Below, piece by piece: positions 8,858 to 17,808 of a stretch of DNA of 64,000 nt (positions are counted from its first letter, which is position 1; the number at the start of each line of letters is the position of its first letter). The stretch lies in sequence record MZ475898.1. One strand, given 5' to 3'. Below the pieces are notes generated by a model, which made no database searches, was not told where the DNA came from, and worked only from the letters and a program-made list of their open reading frames with translations. A program made the position numbers and the translations under genes.

Positions 8858-9885
8858 TGGGAAGAACGTTTGCGTCAGTGACTCGCCACTCACCTGTCGC
8901 TCAAATACCTAAGATGGAAATCAAATACGGTAAGAAGCCTATGCTTCACGTAGTTGATGCATCTAACTGGATGTGTCGTGCTTACTTTGCCACACGCGAT
9001 AAGCCTGTATATGCATCAGACGGTACACCCATCTACGGCCTGCGCCAGTTTCTGTACATGGTTCAGGACCTGATTGATATAGCAGCCAAAGACCCTAACG
9101 GTTGCTACATTGCTTTCTGCTTCGACCCAAGCTCAAACGAAACGTGGCGGTATCGTGCTCTGCAAAACTGGGCAGCAACCAAGAAGAAGAAATTCATCAG
9201 AGGTGTGTTCAAGAAAAGCAGCGACTATAAAGGCAACCGAGACCGCTCTCAGACAGCCGAGCTTGGTGTGCAGATGATTCTAGCGCGGCAGATTCTTGAA
9301 CTTGCAGGCTTCTATGTTGGCCTGAAAAAGCCATACGAGTGCGACGACCTTGTAGGAACTATCTGCCATAGATTCAAGCGCAAGTATCTGATCAAACTCT
9401 ACTCACGCGATAAGGACTATGTACAGCTTGTTGATCACAAGAACGTTGAACTCATTATGCAGGCGCAGTCTAACGCAAAAGAACGCCGCTTCGATTTCAA
9501 AACAGCGAAAGGCTTCTTCGGTGTTCCTGCAGACCGTGTTATCGATATGCTCGCGCTGTGCGGTGATGGTGTCGATAACGTTCCAGGCATTCCTGGTATT
9601 GGCGAGAAGACTGCTATTGAACATATTCATCGCCACGGTGGTGCTATTGAACTTCGTGACGCTCTGCTTAATGGCAAAGTGAAATCGAATGCGGGCTGGG
9701 CTAAAGCATTGCGCTCAGAGATTCCTTCGATGGACCTTGAACTCCAGATGGAACTTGTCACTATTTGCCGCAACGTGCCTGGCATGCCTCGCACTATCGA
9801 TGCGTTTGCTAATCGCACGCCTGATGTTAAAGCGCTCAAAGCAGTTAAGAAGCGTCTGGGCCTGACTAAACTATTACACGTATAG
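8857..9885 (+). CDS. 5'-3' exonuclease / flap endonuclease (PolI N-terminal, T4 RNase H-like)
   Basis: VVDASNWMCRAYF, YECDDLVGT, SRDKDYVQLV, LCGDGVDNVPGIPGIGEKTA (H3TH). Confidence 0.92.
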   Translation: MGRTFASVTRHSPVAQIPKMEIKYGKKPMLHVVDASNWMCRAYFATRDKPVYASDGTPIYGLRQFLYMVQDLIDIAAKDPNGCYIAFCFDPSSNETWRYRALQNWAATKKKKFIRGVFKKSSDYKGNRDRSQTAELGVQMILARQILELAGFYVGLKKPYECDDLVGTICHRFKRKYLIKLYSRDKDYVQLVDHKNVELIMQAQSNAKERRFDFKTAKGFFGVPADRVIDMLALCGDGVDNVPGIPGIGEKTAIEHIHRHGGAIELRDALLNGKVKSNAGWAKALRSEIPSMDLELQMELVTICRNVPGMPRTIDAFANRTPDVKALKAVKKRLGLTKLLHV

Positions 9886-9892
9886 GACTATC

Positions 9893-10438
9893 ATGAAACA
9901 TCCTCAGCGCGTTGCTCATTTAGAGCATTGGTTGGAGGCGGGTCGCGCCGCTTTCACCATGGGTGTGCGTACACCAAATAAAGATGGCGTGGAGCTGCTT
10001 GCTATTTTCCGTGCTGTGTCTCGTGGTACAAAAGACCAGTGCGCTGCATCAATCAAAAAGCAAACGGCAGAACTGATTGAAGACATTGAACGCGATGTGC
10101 CTGCCTTCAAAGTCATTCGTCGTCGCTTCCGCAAAGAGTTTTATCCTGACTACAACATACCAGCAGAAGTCGAGCTGTATGTTGCGCTTCTGGCGGAGAC
10201 GTTCGGTGACATTGTGCAGACGATGACGTACCTGCATCTTCGTCGCTGCGTCGATACTAAGGACCTACTGCTTAACTGGCTGCCAAATGGCTATCCAGCT
10301 AAAGACGCTATGGGTCTCCTGTGGAACTTACAGAAAGTGCCTACCGAGAACGAGTTCATGTTCACCGGAAATGCGGTAGACTGCATACAATCTGTAAATG
10401 ACCTATACAACAAAATGTATAAGACAGGAGACAAGTAA
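9893..10438 (+). CDS. hypothetical protein (181 aa)
   Basis: ORF with AGGA RBS. Confidence 0.65.
   Translation: MKHPQRVAHLEHWLEAGRAAFTMGVRTPNKDGVELLAIFRAVSRGTKDQCAASIKKQTAELIEDIERDVPAFKVIRRRFRKEFYPDYNIPAEVELYVALLAETFGDIVQTMTYLHLRRCVDTKDLLLNWLPNGYPAKDAMGLLWNLQKVPTENEFMFTGNAVDCIQSVNDLYNKMYKTGDK
10390..10399 (+). promoter_or_regulatory. ATCTGTAAAT motif
   Basis: Exact copy, 39 nt upstream of ATG 10438. Confidence 0.5.
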
Positions 10439-11025
10439 TGGATTTATCTTCTATCGGCTATGCAAACAAACCATTTCGCGTTATCCCTGTTACTTCTGGT
10501 AATATCGTAACTGATTTCATTGCCGGAAAGTTTCAGGTGATTGGCGTTGAGTGTAATGCTCGTGGTGCGTATGGCTCGCCGATTCAACAAAGCATTGCAC
10601 GCCGCTTCCCTGACGTGTTGCAGAAGATGAACGCGCTCGACTACGACCACCAGAACTTCATGGGCAGCACGTTGATGCATCCTGTGCAGACTCAGCATCG
10701 TCGTCGTTTGTTTGTCGCTAACATGTTCCTTGCACGCGGCTTTGGGTTAGGCCAGAATCGCACTCAAAGTGAAGGTCCGATTAATCGTTTCAGTGAGCGA
10801 CACTTGACGCAAGCCTTCGACAGTCTTGTTGATAGCTGTGCATCACTCAACATTAGTCTGGACCGCCAGATTGCTGTGCAGCGTTTCTACGGCGGTCTTG
10901 GTGGGGTATCTTGGGAAGAAGTATGTGAAGTGCTGGACGCTATTTGCGCCAAGCATAAATTCAACATGCTGGCTTATCTGCCTAAGAACTATAACTCTAA
11001 CTTTGTGCGGGGTTCTGCGCAATAA
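10438..11025 (+). CDS. macrodomain protein (Poa1p/TARG1/DarG-like)
   Basis: ECNARGAYGSPIQQSIARRFP, VANMF and GGLGGVSWEEV follow the macrodomain pattern. Confidence 0.7.
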   Translation: MDLSSIGYANKPFRVIPVTSGNIVTDFIAGKFQVIGVECNARGAYGSPIQQSIARRFPDVLQKMNALDYDHQNFMGSTLMHPVQTQHRRRLFVANMFLARGFGLGQNRTQSEGPINRFSERHLTQAFDSLVDSCASLNISLDRQIAVQRFYGGLGGVSWEEVCEVLDAICAKHKFNMLAYLPKNYNSNFVRGSAQ

Positions 11026-11037
11026 CTCTGGGGTGTA

Positions 11038-11373
11038 TTGATGAATACAATACGCGGTTTTGATTGGCTTTTTTATGAGGATGGCACCGACAGTGGCCAA
11101 CACTCTGTTTTAAATATCGTCTGTGAACCACAGACTAAATCAATGCAGGTAGAAGTTCGAAAGGGATGCGCCGCACCTGTAATTCAAGCAATTCAGGAAA
11201 ATGAAATCCTGTATGCTCAGACCGATGAAGGACTTTATCGAGTTCGTTATCGTTGTTCGTTTAAGCATCTTGCAGCGAACGCATTTCCTCCAGAGATGAC
11301 AGTGATCAAGTTGAAGTTGCTTGCACTCGACTTTCTTCCGGGCGTTACTACGCACGATAAACCTTTGGACTAA
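11038..11373 (+). CDS. hypothetical protein (111 aa)
   Basis: ORF in operon. Confidence 0.55.
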   Translation: MMNTIRGFDWLFYEDGTDSGQHSVLNIVCEPQTKSMQVEVRKGCAAPVIQAIQENEILYAQTDEGLYRVRYRCSFKHLAANAFPPEMTVIKLKLLALDFLPGVTTHDKPLD

Positions 11374-11378
11374 CCGCC

Positions 11379-12101
11379 ATGATTACAGCGAAACACATTG
11401 AAAGCCGTTTAAGAACAATAGACTATACCAAGCCTAATCCTGATCGGGAAATGCTTGTGGCGCTTGTGTCTGATGGACGTTCTCGTATTTTGAAGACAGC
11501 ACAGATCGATGGTCTGTGTCCGCTGTCTGATAAATATTTTGAGTTCTGCCTCAGCCAGGTCGGCTCTTTCTGCACGGCAGGTTACAACGCTGTGGAGATT
11601 GCAATGTCTATCGGTGTTCAGCCTATCTATGTTGCAGCGCACATCCATCTGCATGGCTGCGATTGGGCACACAGACTTTTAGGCTTGAAGCGATTTGCTG
11701 CGCTCGCACGTGGTCCACATACTGTGTGGTCATCAGGTGAAGCGTGGTTCGCTTTGGGTGAATGCCAGCGCCGCTCTAAGCTGCACTATGGCACTTCAAG
11801 CGGGCAGGAGGCATTGCGCAAAGCAATCCAAAAAGCAGAGATGCCTTATGTGCTTGCTGCCGCTGTCACACATCCCCATCGTCTCATGAGCATTCTCCGT
11901 CCGCGTGATGGTCTGTTGTATCGTGACCCACGTATTGAGAAGACGCTGAAACAACGTGAGAAAGCCGCTGCTGATGCAAAGGCGGAAGGCCGTTCTGTGC
12001 TAACGACTGAGAAGCGTAGCGAGTACGGCGACATGGGCAAGTTGTTTAACGGTCATCTGTCTCGCGCTGACAAGACAGGTAATCCTCGCGTAACTGAATA
12101 A
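11379..12101 (+). CDS. hypothetical protein (240 aa)
   Basis: Long ORF in operon. Confidence 0.65.
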   Translation: MITAKHIESRLRTIDYTKPNPDREMLVALVSDGRSRILKTAQIDGLCPLSDKYFEFCLSQVGSFCTAGYNAVEIAMSIGVQPIYVAAHIHLHGCDWAHRLLGLKRFAALARGPHTVWSSGEAWFALGECQRRSKLHYGTSSGQEALRKAIQKAEMPYVLAAAVTHPHRLMSILRPRDGLLYRDPRIEKTLKQREKAAADAKAEGRSVLTTEKRSEYGDMGKLFNGHLSRADKTGNPRVTE

Positions 12102-12111
12102 GGAACGTATC

Positions 12112-12492
12112 GTGGATAAGAATGAAATCACGTTGTTGATTGACAGTCTGAACGGCAATCGCAATTTCCCAATCGATCCAGAAGCTGCAATAGGCATGAC
12201 CCTTGAACAGTTCATCAAAACCAATGGGAACTTTGTGTTTCTCATGAATGATGCGCTCGTCCGTGACATGGTAAGTAAGCAGCATGAGTACGATCCAAAC
12301 TTCGTACCAGCTACTACTCTCGACGAAATCAACAACGGTCTTATGGGAACTTTCCACGGCGTCAATGTGTACAGCACTTGGGTGTATCGTGCTCCTGGGG
12401 ATCTGCCTGCGGAAGCGAAGCCTCGTTTCGGTATGTATCGCGCCGACCTAAAACAAATCTTCCCGTTGACTAAACATTTTATCGTAAAGTAA
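12112..12492 (+). CDS. hypothetical protein (126 aa)
   Basis: GTG start with AAGGA RBS. Confidence 0.6.
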   Translation: MDKNEITLLIDSLNGNRNFPIDPEAAIGMTLEQFIKTNGNFVFLMNDALVRDMVSKQHEYDPNFVPATTLDEINNGLMGTFHGVNVYSTWVYRAPGDLPAEAKPRFGMYRADLKQIFPLTKHFIVK

Positions 12493-12504
12493 AACTGTTT
12501 ACGG

Positions 12505-12510
12505 TAATTT
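12505..12510 (+). promoter_or_regulatory. TAATTT core in intergenic gap upstream of cmoA
   Basis: 39 nt upstream of ATG 12544. Confidence 0.3.
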
Positions 12511-12543
12511 CTGAAGGTCAATCAGAATAACGGAATCCTCATC

Positions 12544-13314
12544 ATGAGCAATATCGATACTACAATGCCTAAAGGCAAATGGGAGTTCAACGAGTCAGTT
12601 GCTTGCGTGTTCGATAACATGCTGCAAAACTCCATCCCGTCTTATGCCCGTATGCGTGACCTGACGTACCGTCTTGGTCGTCGCTTCGTAACTCCTGGTT
12701 CAGCTATCGTTGATCTCGGTGCCTCCTTGGGTCGCGCTATCGAACCGTTTGCAAAAGAGTTCGGCAAGTATGACTATCATCATGCTGCTGACGCTCCTGG
12801 CGAAGACTACGAAACAGGCAATCACTACAGCCTGTATGAAGTAGCTCCAGCTATGCGCGAACGTCTGGTGCAGAATGAAGTGCTTCTCTCAGTGAATGCC
12901 AAACTGGAAAGTGAATCGCTGGTAGATACTGACACGTTTATGTTCGACGGTCAGGTGCATTGCTCGTTGATTCTGAGTGTGCTAACTCTCCAGTTCACGC
13001 CGATTGAACATCGTCAACACATTCTGGAAAACGTGTACAACTCACTGCAACCAGGCGGCGCATTCATCCTCGTTGAGAAGGTGTTAGGCGATAACAACTA
13101 TCTCGACAAAATGCTGGTGGACACCTACTACCAGATGAAAGGTGGTAACGGTTACAGCGCCGAGTCGATTGCGACTAAACGTAAGTCACTGGAAGGCGTA
13201 CTCGTTCCTGTTAAAGCAGCGTGGAACGAAGAACTGTTGCGTAAAGCAGGCTTCGGTCAGGTAGAAAGTTTCTATCGCGACCTGAACTTCGCAGGATGGA
13301 TTGCTATTAAGTAA
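12544..13314 (+). CDS. cmoA: CmoA-family carboxy-S-adenosyl-L-methionine synthase
   Basis: Co-linear with E. coli CmoA: WEFNESVACVFDNM, DLGASLG, TLQF, PGGAFILVEK, NGYSAESIATKRKSLEGV (keeps the Arg equivalent to R199), LRKAGF, LNFAGWIAIK. Confidence 0.88.
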   Translation: MSNIDTTMPKGKWEFNESVACVFDNMLQNSIPSYARMRDLTYRLGRRFVTPGSAIVDLGASLGRAIEPFAKEFGKYDYHHAADAPGEDYETGNHYSLYEVAPAMRERLVQNEVLLSVNAKLESESLVDTDTFMFDGQVHCSLILSVLTLQFTPIEHRQHILENVYNSLQPGGAFILVEKVLGDNNYLDKMLVDTYYQMKGGNGYSAESIATKRKSLEGVLVPVKAAWNEELLRKAGFGQVESFYRDLNFAGWIAIK

Positions 13315-13323
13315 GGAAATACT

Positions 13324-14586
13324 ATGAAAGTAAACGGGCGTATCTTAGCTATCGTCCCACACAAGACAATGCAAGACCGTACCAAGTCGGGTGTGGGTTC
13401 GTACATTGATGGACTAGAGGCATACGGCTTCTGCGACTTTATCACGGACGGAGAGAACAGCTCCGTTACGAAAAGTCAGTGGTTCACTTACGGTGATACT
13501 ACTCTCAGTGACGGTTATAAGATAGGGCATATCCAGAGCGAGTTGCTGATTGCACTTGAGCGCTTGCCTTACCGTGCGATTATTTGCAGCACGTATGAGG
13601 CGATTGAAGCCTGCGTGTCTCTGGGACTGCCAAAGATTATGCCCGTTTACTATCGCACGCACAACAGCTTTTTGCTCACACAAGATCTCAAGGGTCTTGG
13701 TGCAGAGAAGATCCACCGTGCGTTGTTGCAAGCACGCGTCACAGGGCTGCGCATCCTTGCTAACTGTGATTCGACTGCGATCAATCTTGCTGAGCGCTAT
13801 AAGACGCCAGCACACGTGGCCTACAACTCGTTCTCGGTGCCTGACTACAACCCACCAGCGCGGCGTTCTCCGCAACTGCTGATTATCTGTCGCTATGAGA
13901 AGGTCAAGCGCACGTTGTTTGCTGCGCGTATTGCTGCTGCATCAGGGTTACCCGTTCGTGTTATGACAGGCAGTGATCGTCAAGTACGCAATTGGGAGAA
14001 AGAGCTGGCTGAGGCGGGTGTCAAAGAATATACGGTCGTCAGTGGCCTTAGTGGTAAACAGAAACTCGAATTTATAGGCGCTTGCACAGTAGCCCTTTCT
14101 ACTGCGAGCGTTGAATCTTTTGCTAACGGTGTGCGTGAGTCTATCCCCTACTGTCCTACCTTTATCGTGCAAACATCCAAGTACGATTGGGCTAAGGACT
14201 ATACGCGCTTCTGTACTGCCGACAAGCATGTTCATATCAGAACTGTTGATCGCGTATCAGACCAAGCCGTAGCCGAAATCGGAAGTGAGATAGCGCAAAC
14301 AGCTACCACACGTTATCTGACAGGGCCGCAGCGTAAACAACTACTGACTGCTTGGGCAAAGCAAGTTGATCGTGGTTGGTCCGACTTTGTTCAGAAGGCT
14401 GTTGTTGACGATGACGGCAAGCCGCTGCGCACCGAGCTGTATCAAGAACTGATCGACAAGTCAGAGATCGATTGGTCACAAACGCCCACGCTGATGCGTA
14501 CTGTAAATGCGTTACATAAATGCCACGCTCGTTTGGGCCTGACATTTGATGGCACTAAAATCAAATATAAGAGGAAGCGCAAATGA
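13324..14586 (+). CDS. GT-B (GT4-like) glycosyltransferase
   Basis: SGVGSY, LLIICRYEKVKR, and STASVESFANGVRESIPYCPTFI matching the S..E.FG....EA..G.PV donor-binding pattern. Confidence 0.75.
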   Translation: MKVNGRILAIVPHKTMQDRTKSGVGSYIDGLEAYGFCDFITDGENSSVTKSQWFTYGDTTLSDGYKIGHIQSELLIALERLPYRAIICSTYEAIEACVSLGLPKIMPVYYRTHNSFLLTQDLKGLGAEKIHRALLQARVTGLRILANCDSTAINLAERYKTPAHVAYNSFSVPDYNPPARRSPQLLIICRYEKVKRTLFAARIAAASGLPVRVMTGSDRQVRNWEKELAEAGVKEYTVVSGLSGKQKLEFIGACTVALSTASVESFANGVRESIPYCPTFIVQTSKYDWAKDYTRFCTADKHVHIRTVDRVSDQAVAEIGSEIAQTATTRYLTGPQRKQLLTAWAKQVDRGWSDFVQKAVVDDDGKPLRTELYQELIDKSEIDWSQTPTLMRTVNALHKCHARLGLTFDGTKIKYKRKRK

Positions 14587-15659
14587 GTGTTATCGGTGAT
14601 ATTTATAACATCCCACAACCGTTCGCAATGTATGTCGGGAATTGTGAGACGCGTGCTCAAGCCAAAGTTGCTGCTGGCACAATCGAGTGGGCGCCAGAGA
14701 AAGTGTGCTGCACCGTAGATGATGGTAACAACCTGTTCCCCAACGTACCTTCAATCAACCCTGCTGACGTGCATAAGACAGATGCAGAAACTTTAGTGAT
14801 TGGCTGTGCACCTTTCGGCGGCCGCATTGACGAGCACATGGACAAAGCTATTCGTAGCGCTATCTATCGTGGACGCAACATTGCTGCTGCTATGCATACG
14901 CGCCTGGCGGATAACCCCGAATACGTTGAGCTGGCCGATCGCTACAACGTCAAGCTGTATGACTTCCGTCATCGTCCTGATGCGTACCCACTAGGTACTG
15001 GTGAGAAGCGTAGCGGTCTGCGTCTGTTAACTGTCGGTACTGATAGCTCCTGCGGCAAGAAGTTTACCACGCTGTCTCTGTATCGTGAACTAAAGCGCAT
15101 CCACGCAGACACTGTGTTTTGCTCTACTGGTCAAACAGGCTTCCTGATTAGCGGTTGCGGTATCAACAACGACACGATTGTTGCTGACTTCCTTGCTGGT
15201 GCTGCTGAATCCCTTTCGCCTGCAGGTCCTGCTGATCGTATCTATCTGATTGAAGGCCAGGGCGCTATCACGCATCCAGCCTACACAGGCGGTAGCATGA
15301 GCTTGATTGCTGGCTCTCAGCCTGATCATCTCATCCTGTGCCACGCATGGAACCGCCAGAATCAGTTGGGCGTTAAGCGTAAGCCTGACCTTGATTTTGA
15401 GATGCGTGCTAACATTGAAGCGGCGCGTATTCACGGTCTCAACCCGACCTACATCGGTATCAGCATTAACTTCTCTGAGTGTGATTTGACACAGGACGAG
15501 CAAGATAAAATCCTGTACCAACTCGCATCAACGTATGAGATTCCCGTGTTCGACCCATCACAGGACACTTCTGTGCTGCGTGACCTCGCTCGTATGTTAG
15601 CAACTAAAGCCAAAGCAAGGAGCCTCGATGGCCAAGCATCCACTGCGCAAGCTGTTTGA
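14583..15659 (+). CDS. DUF1611 / DgcN-like P-loop protein
   Basis: VIGCAPFGG, TVGTDSSCGKKFT, STGQTG, VADFLAGAAE, IEGQGAITHPAY, GSQPDHLILCH. Confidence 0.88.
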   Translation: MSVIGDIYNIPQPFAMYVGNCETRAQAKVAAGTIEWAPEKVCCTVDDGNNLFPNVPSINPADVHKTDAETLVIGCAPFGGRIDEHMDKAIRSAIYRGRNIAAAMHTRLADNPEYVELADRYNVKLYDFRHRPDAYPLGTGEKRSGLRLLTVGTDSSCGKKFTTLSLYRELKRIHADTVFCSTGQTGFLISGCGINNDTIVADFLAGAAESLSPAGPADRIYLIEGQGAITHPAYTGGSMSLIAGSQPDHLILCHAWNRQNQLGVKRKPDLDFEMRANIEAARIHGLNPTYIGISINFSECDLTQDEQDKILYQLASTYEIPVFDPSQDTSVLRDLARMLATKAKARSLDGQASTAQAV

Positions 15660-16503
15660 ACAGCATGTGAAAAAAGAAGTGAAAGCAGACAAGGTAGCTG
15701 TGCTGCTTTCATCTGGCCTCGATGGTTTAGTCAGTGCGTTAGCTGCACACGACCTGGGTAAGAAGGTACATGCCTTCACATTCCAAATGGGTGACAACCC
15801 TAGCTTCGACAGTCGCCACGCACAGATCGTTGCACAAAAGATGGGCTGGGAGTTCACGCTCGTTAAAGTTCCCACCAGCGTGTCTGCTATCGCGTTAGCG
15901 TGGCGCGTGCTTCATTCCAAGTATCGCTGCATCAAGAAGCGTGACTACGAGTGTGCATATCCTATGGTCTATTGCTACAAGGCAATCAAAGACGCTGGGT
16001 ACAAGTATGTGCTAAGCGGGCTGGTGGCCGATGGCTACTTCCTGTATAACCGTAACACGCACATTCAGAAAATCAGCGGCCCTCACTCTGACGCTCAGAA
16101 GTATCATGAGTTCCGTACTCAATACTTTAGTCCGTGGCTTAAACACGGTAAGAAGTCTCTGGGCGTTGACGGGTATAACCCGAGCGGCATGTTGCAGCAT
16201 GAGATGTTGTGCGATAACTTCGGCCTGATTCACGTTAACCCGTGGATGCAGAACAAGGTGTTTGACTACTTCATCAAATACACTTGGCAGGAGTTGAATC
16301 AGCCTAAGCAGAAGATGCCGCTGACCGAAGCATGGGCTGAACATATTGCACTGGTTGGTCATCGCCCACACAGAGGCTATCAGACAGAAGCCAAAGTGCC
16401 TGAATACTTTGAGCATCTGATCGATAGCCCTGAGATTAACTTCAACGGGCGCAAGCGCATCATGGACGTTGCACGCGACTGGTCCAAACGAGAGCCTGAA
16501 TAA
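15628..16503 (+). CDS. asparagine-synthase-type ATP-dependent amide ligase (synthetase domain only)
   Basis: PP-loop LLSSGLDG, VLSGLVADGYF, PWMQNKV, KMPLTEAW, RPHRGYQ; no N-terminal glutaminase domain. Confidence 0.82.
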   Translation: MAKHPLRKLFEQHVKKEVKADKVAVLLSSGLDGLVSALAAHDLGKKVHAFTFQMGDNPSFDSRHAQIVAQKMGWEFTLVKVPTSVSAIALAWRVLHSKYRCIKKRDYECAYPMVYCYKAIKDAGYKYVLSGLVADGYFLYNRNTHIQKISGPHSDAQKYHEFRTQYFSPWLKHGKKSLGVDGYNPSGMLQHEMLCDNFGLIHVNPWMQNKVFDYFIKYTWQELNQPKQKMPLTEAWAEHIALVGHRPHRGYQTEAKVPEYFEHLIDSPEINFNGRKRIMDVARDWSKREPE

Positions 16504-16757
16504 TGCATCCTGTTATCACAGACTTTCTTGGTCCTATCGTTAAGCGGCTGGGCCTATTCACTGCTATATTCGGTTTTGTCGGCGTGCTGCTGTCTGTGAT
16601 CGCAGTGCTTGTGTGCCGCCCAGAAGTCCTTCAATACGAATACGATACTGTAAATAGACTTCGTATTGAGGGTATTGTATTCTTGGGTAAAGGCGTTCTC
16701 GTTTACATCGTAGGCGAGATACTTGAAGGCACGTTCAAGTGGAGAAAAGATGATTAA
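16503..16757 (+). CDS. small membrane protein
   Basis: Two hydrophobic segments; TAATG coupling. Confidence 0.55.
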   Translation: MHPVITDFLGPIVKRLGLFTAIFGFVGVLLSVIAVLVCRPEVLQYEYDTVNRLRIEGIVFLGKGVLVYIVGEILEGTFKWRKDD

Positions 16758-17013
16758 CAAATTCGTGATGAAGAAGACTCCGACCATTGAAGCCTGTCAG
16801 TGGAACGGGGAGAACAAGGAAGAGATTGAAGCCTTCCTTGGCAATAACGGATTCGTTGTTGGGCGTTACGTGCAGATTGGTGTTCTGGATAAATACCAGA
16901 AGCCAACTATTGCTAACGTAAGCGTAGGCAACTATGTGATCAAGCGCGATGATGGTAAGTTCGACGCCATTACTGCGCAAGATCTGTTTGAGAATTATGT
17001 ATTAGCAGATTGA
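16750..17013 (+). CDS. small conserved phage protein (KKP..IEA.QW.G.N...GDY.IK family), sponge candidate
   Basis: KKTPTIEACQWNGENK...GNYVIKRDDGKFDAITAQDLFENY. Confidence 0.65.
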   Translation: MINKFVMKKTPTIEACQWNGENKEEIEAFLGNNGFVVGRYVQIGVLDKYQKPTIANVSVGNYVIKRDDGKFDAITAQDLFENYVLAD

Positions 17014-17020
17014 GGCCATA

Positions 17021-17473
17021 ATGAATCTGTTTTCTATTTTAAAACAGCAAGTGAAGAAATCCCTGACGACCGAAGCAACGCTTGAGCCAGAAGTGCGCAA
17101 ACACTTTGACTGGCGTTTCAGTGTTGACGTCAAAGGTCTGATGTACATTGTAGGCAAGACTGGTGCTAACACCTGCTTCTATCTTGAGCCAGGTCACGTT
17201 GAGCCTACTGCCTGCTATCCTGATGAACTACTTGCGAAGATTGATAGCTGGGGCGCTGCTAAGTATGTGTCCTACGCTGTCTATTTCAAGAAGTTCACCA
17301 GTCCTGTAGCTGAAAACATCAAGACGCTTGAGCAAGCCAAGACAGGCAAGCCTAAAGCGTTTAAGAAAGGCTACTTTATCTGTGGCGTAACACCGAAAGG
17401 TAAGCGCGTCAAACTGTGTCGTCTGCACAACAGCCTAAGCGGTATGCAGTGGGTTGATGTAGACCAGAAGTAA
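17021..17473 (+). CDS. hypothetical protein (150 aa)
   Basis: GAGG RBS. Confidence 0.6.
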   Translation: MNLFSILKQQVKKSLTTEATLEPEVRKHFDWRFSVDVKGLMYIVGKTGANTCFYLEPGHVEPTACYPDELLAKIDSWGAAKYVSYAVYFKKFTSPVAENIKTLEQAKTGKPKAFKKGYFICGVTPKGKRVKLCRLHNSLSGMQWVDVDQK

Positions 17474-17487
17474 ACCAAGGAGCTTAT

Positions 17488-17808
17488 ATGATTAGCGACA
17501 TTGACATTGGCCATTATTATAGTTCTGCGAGCGGTATACCGTTTCGCGTAAAAGAACGTGCAGCACACGGACAAGATTGTTCTCTGTCGATGATCGTATT
17601 TGAGAACGTGGAGGCAACTAAGGATTACCCTGTTGGTCAAACTTGGGTGCTTCCAGAATCTCTGTTCGTGAAACAGTATTCCGAATTTACGGAAGGAAAG
17701 TATCATGAACGAAACAACGCTCTTAGAGCATCTGAAAACAAGACACTGGCAACCAGAGAAGCATTTCGGGTGGCTTTCGCCGAAGACCCTGACAGTGCCA
17801 CTGTATAG
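17488..17808 (+). CDS. DUF1653-like SH3-fold protein
   Basis: HYYSSASG.PFRV...A.HG.D...MIVF...TWVLPES.F pattern; AGGAG RBS. Confidence 0.5.
   Translation: MISDIDIGHYYSSASGIPFRVKERAAHGQDCSLSMIVFENVEATKDYPVGQTWVLPESLFVKQYSEFTEGKYHERNNALRASENKTLATREAFRVAFAEDPDSATV

Noticed and set aside
12544-13314. cmoA as a plain tRNA-modification auxiliary gene
   Set aside because: Not excluded, but deprioritised: no CmoB or tRNA genes are in the window, and the operon partners plus the Arg-type DNA MTase fit DNA modification better.
17488-17808. 104-nt overlap between the DUF1653-like gene and the primase start as a second frameshift
   Set aside because: The primase ATG has a good AAGGA SD; a lost stop or natural overlap explains it and there is no evidence for fusion.
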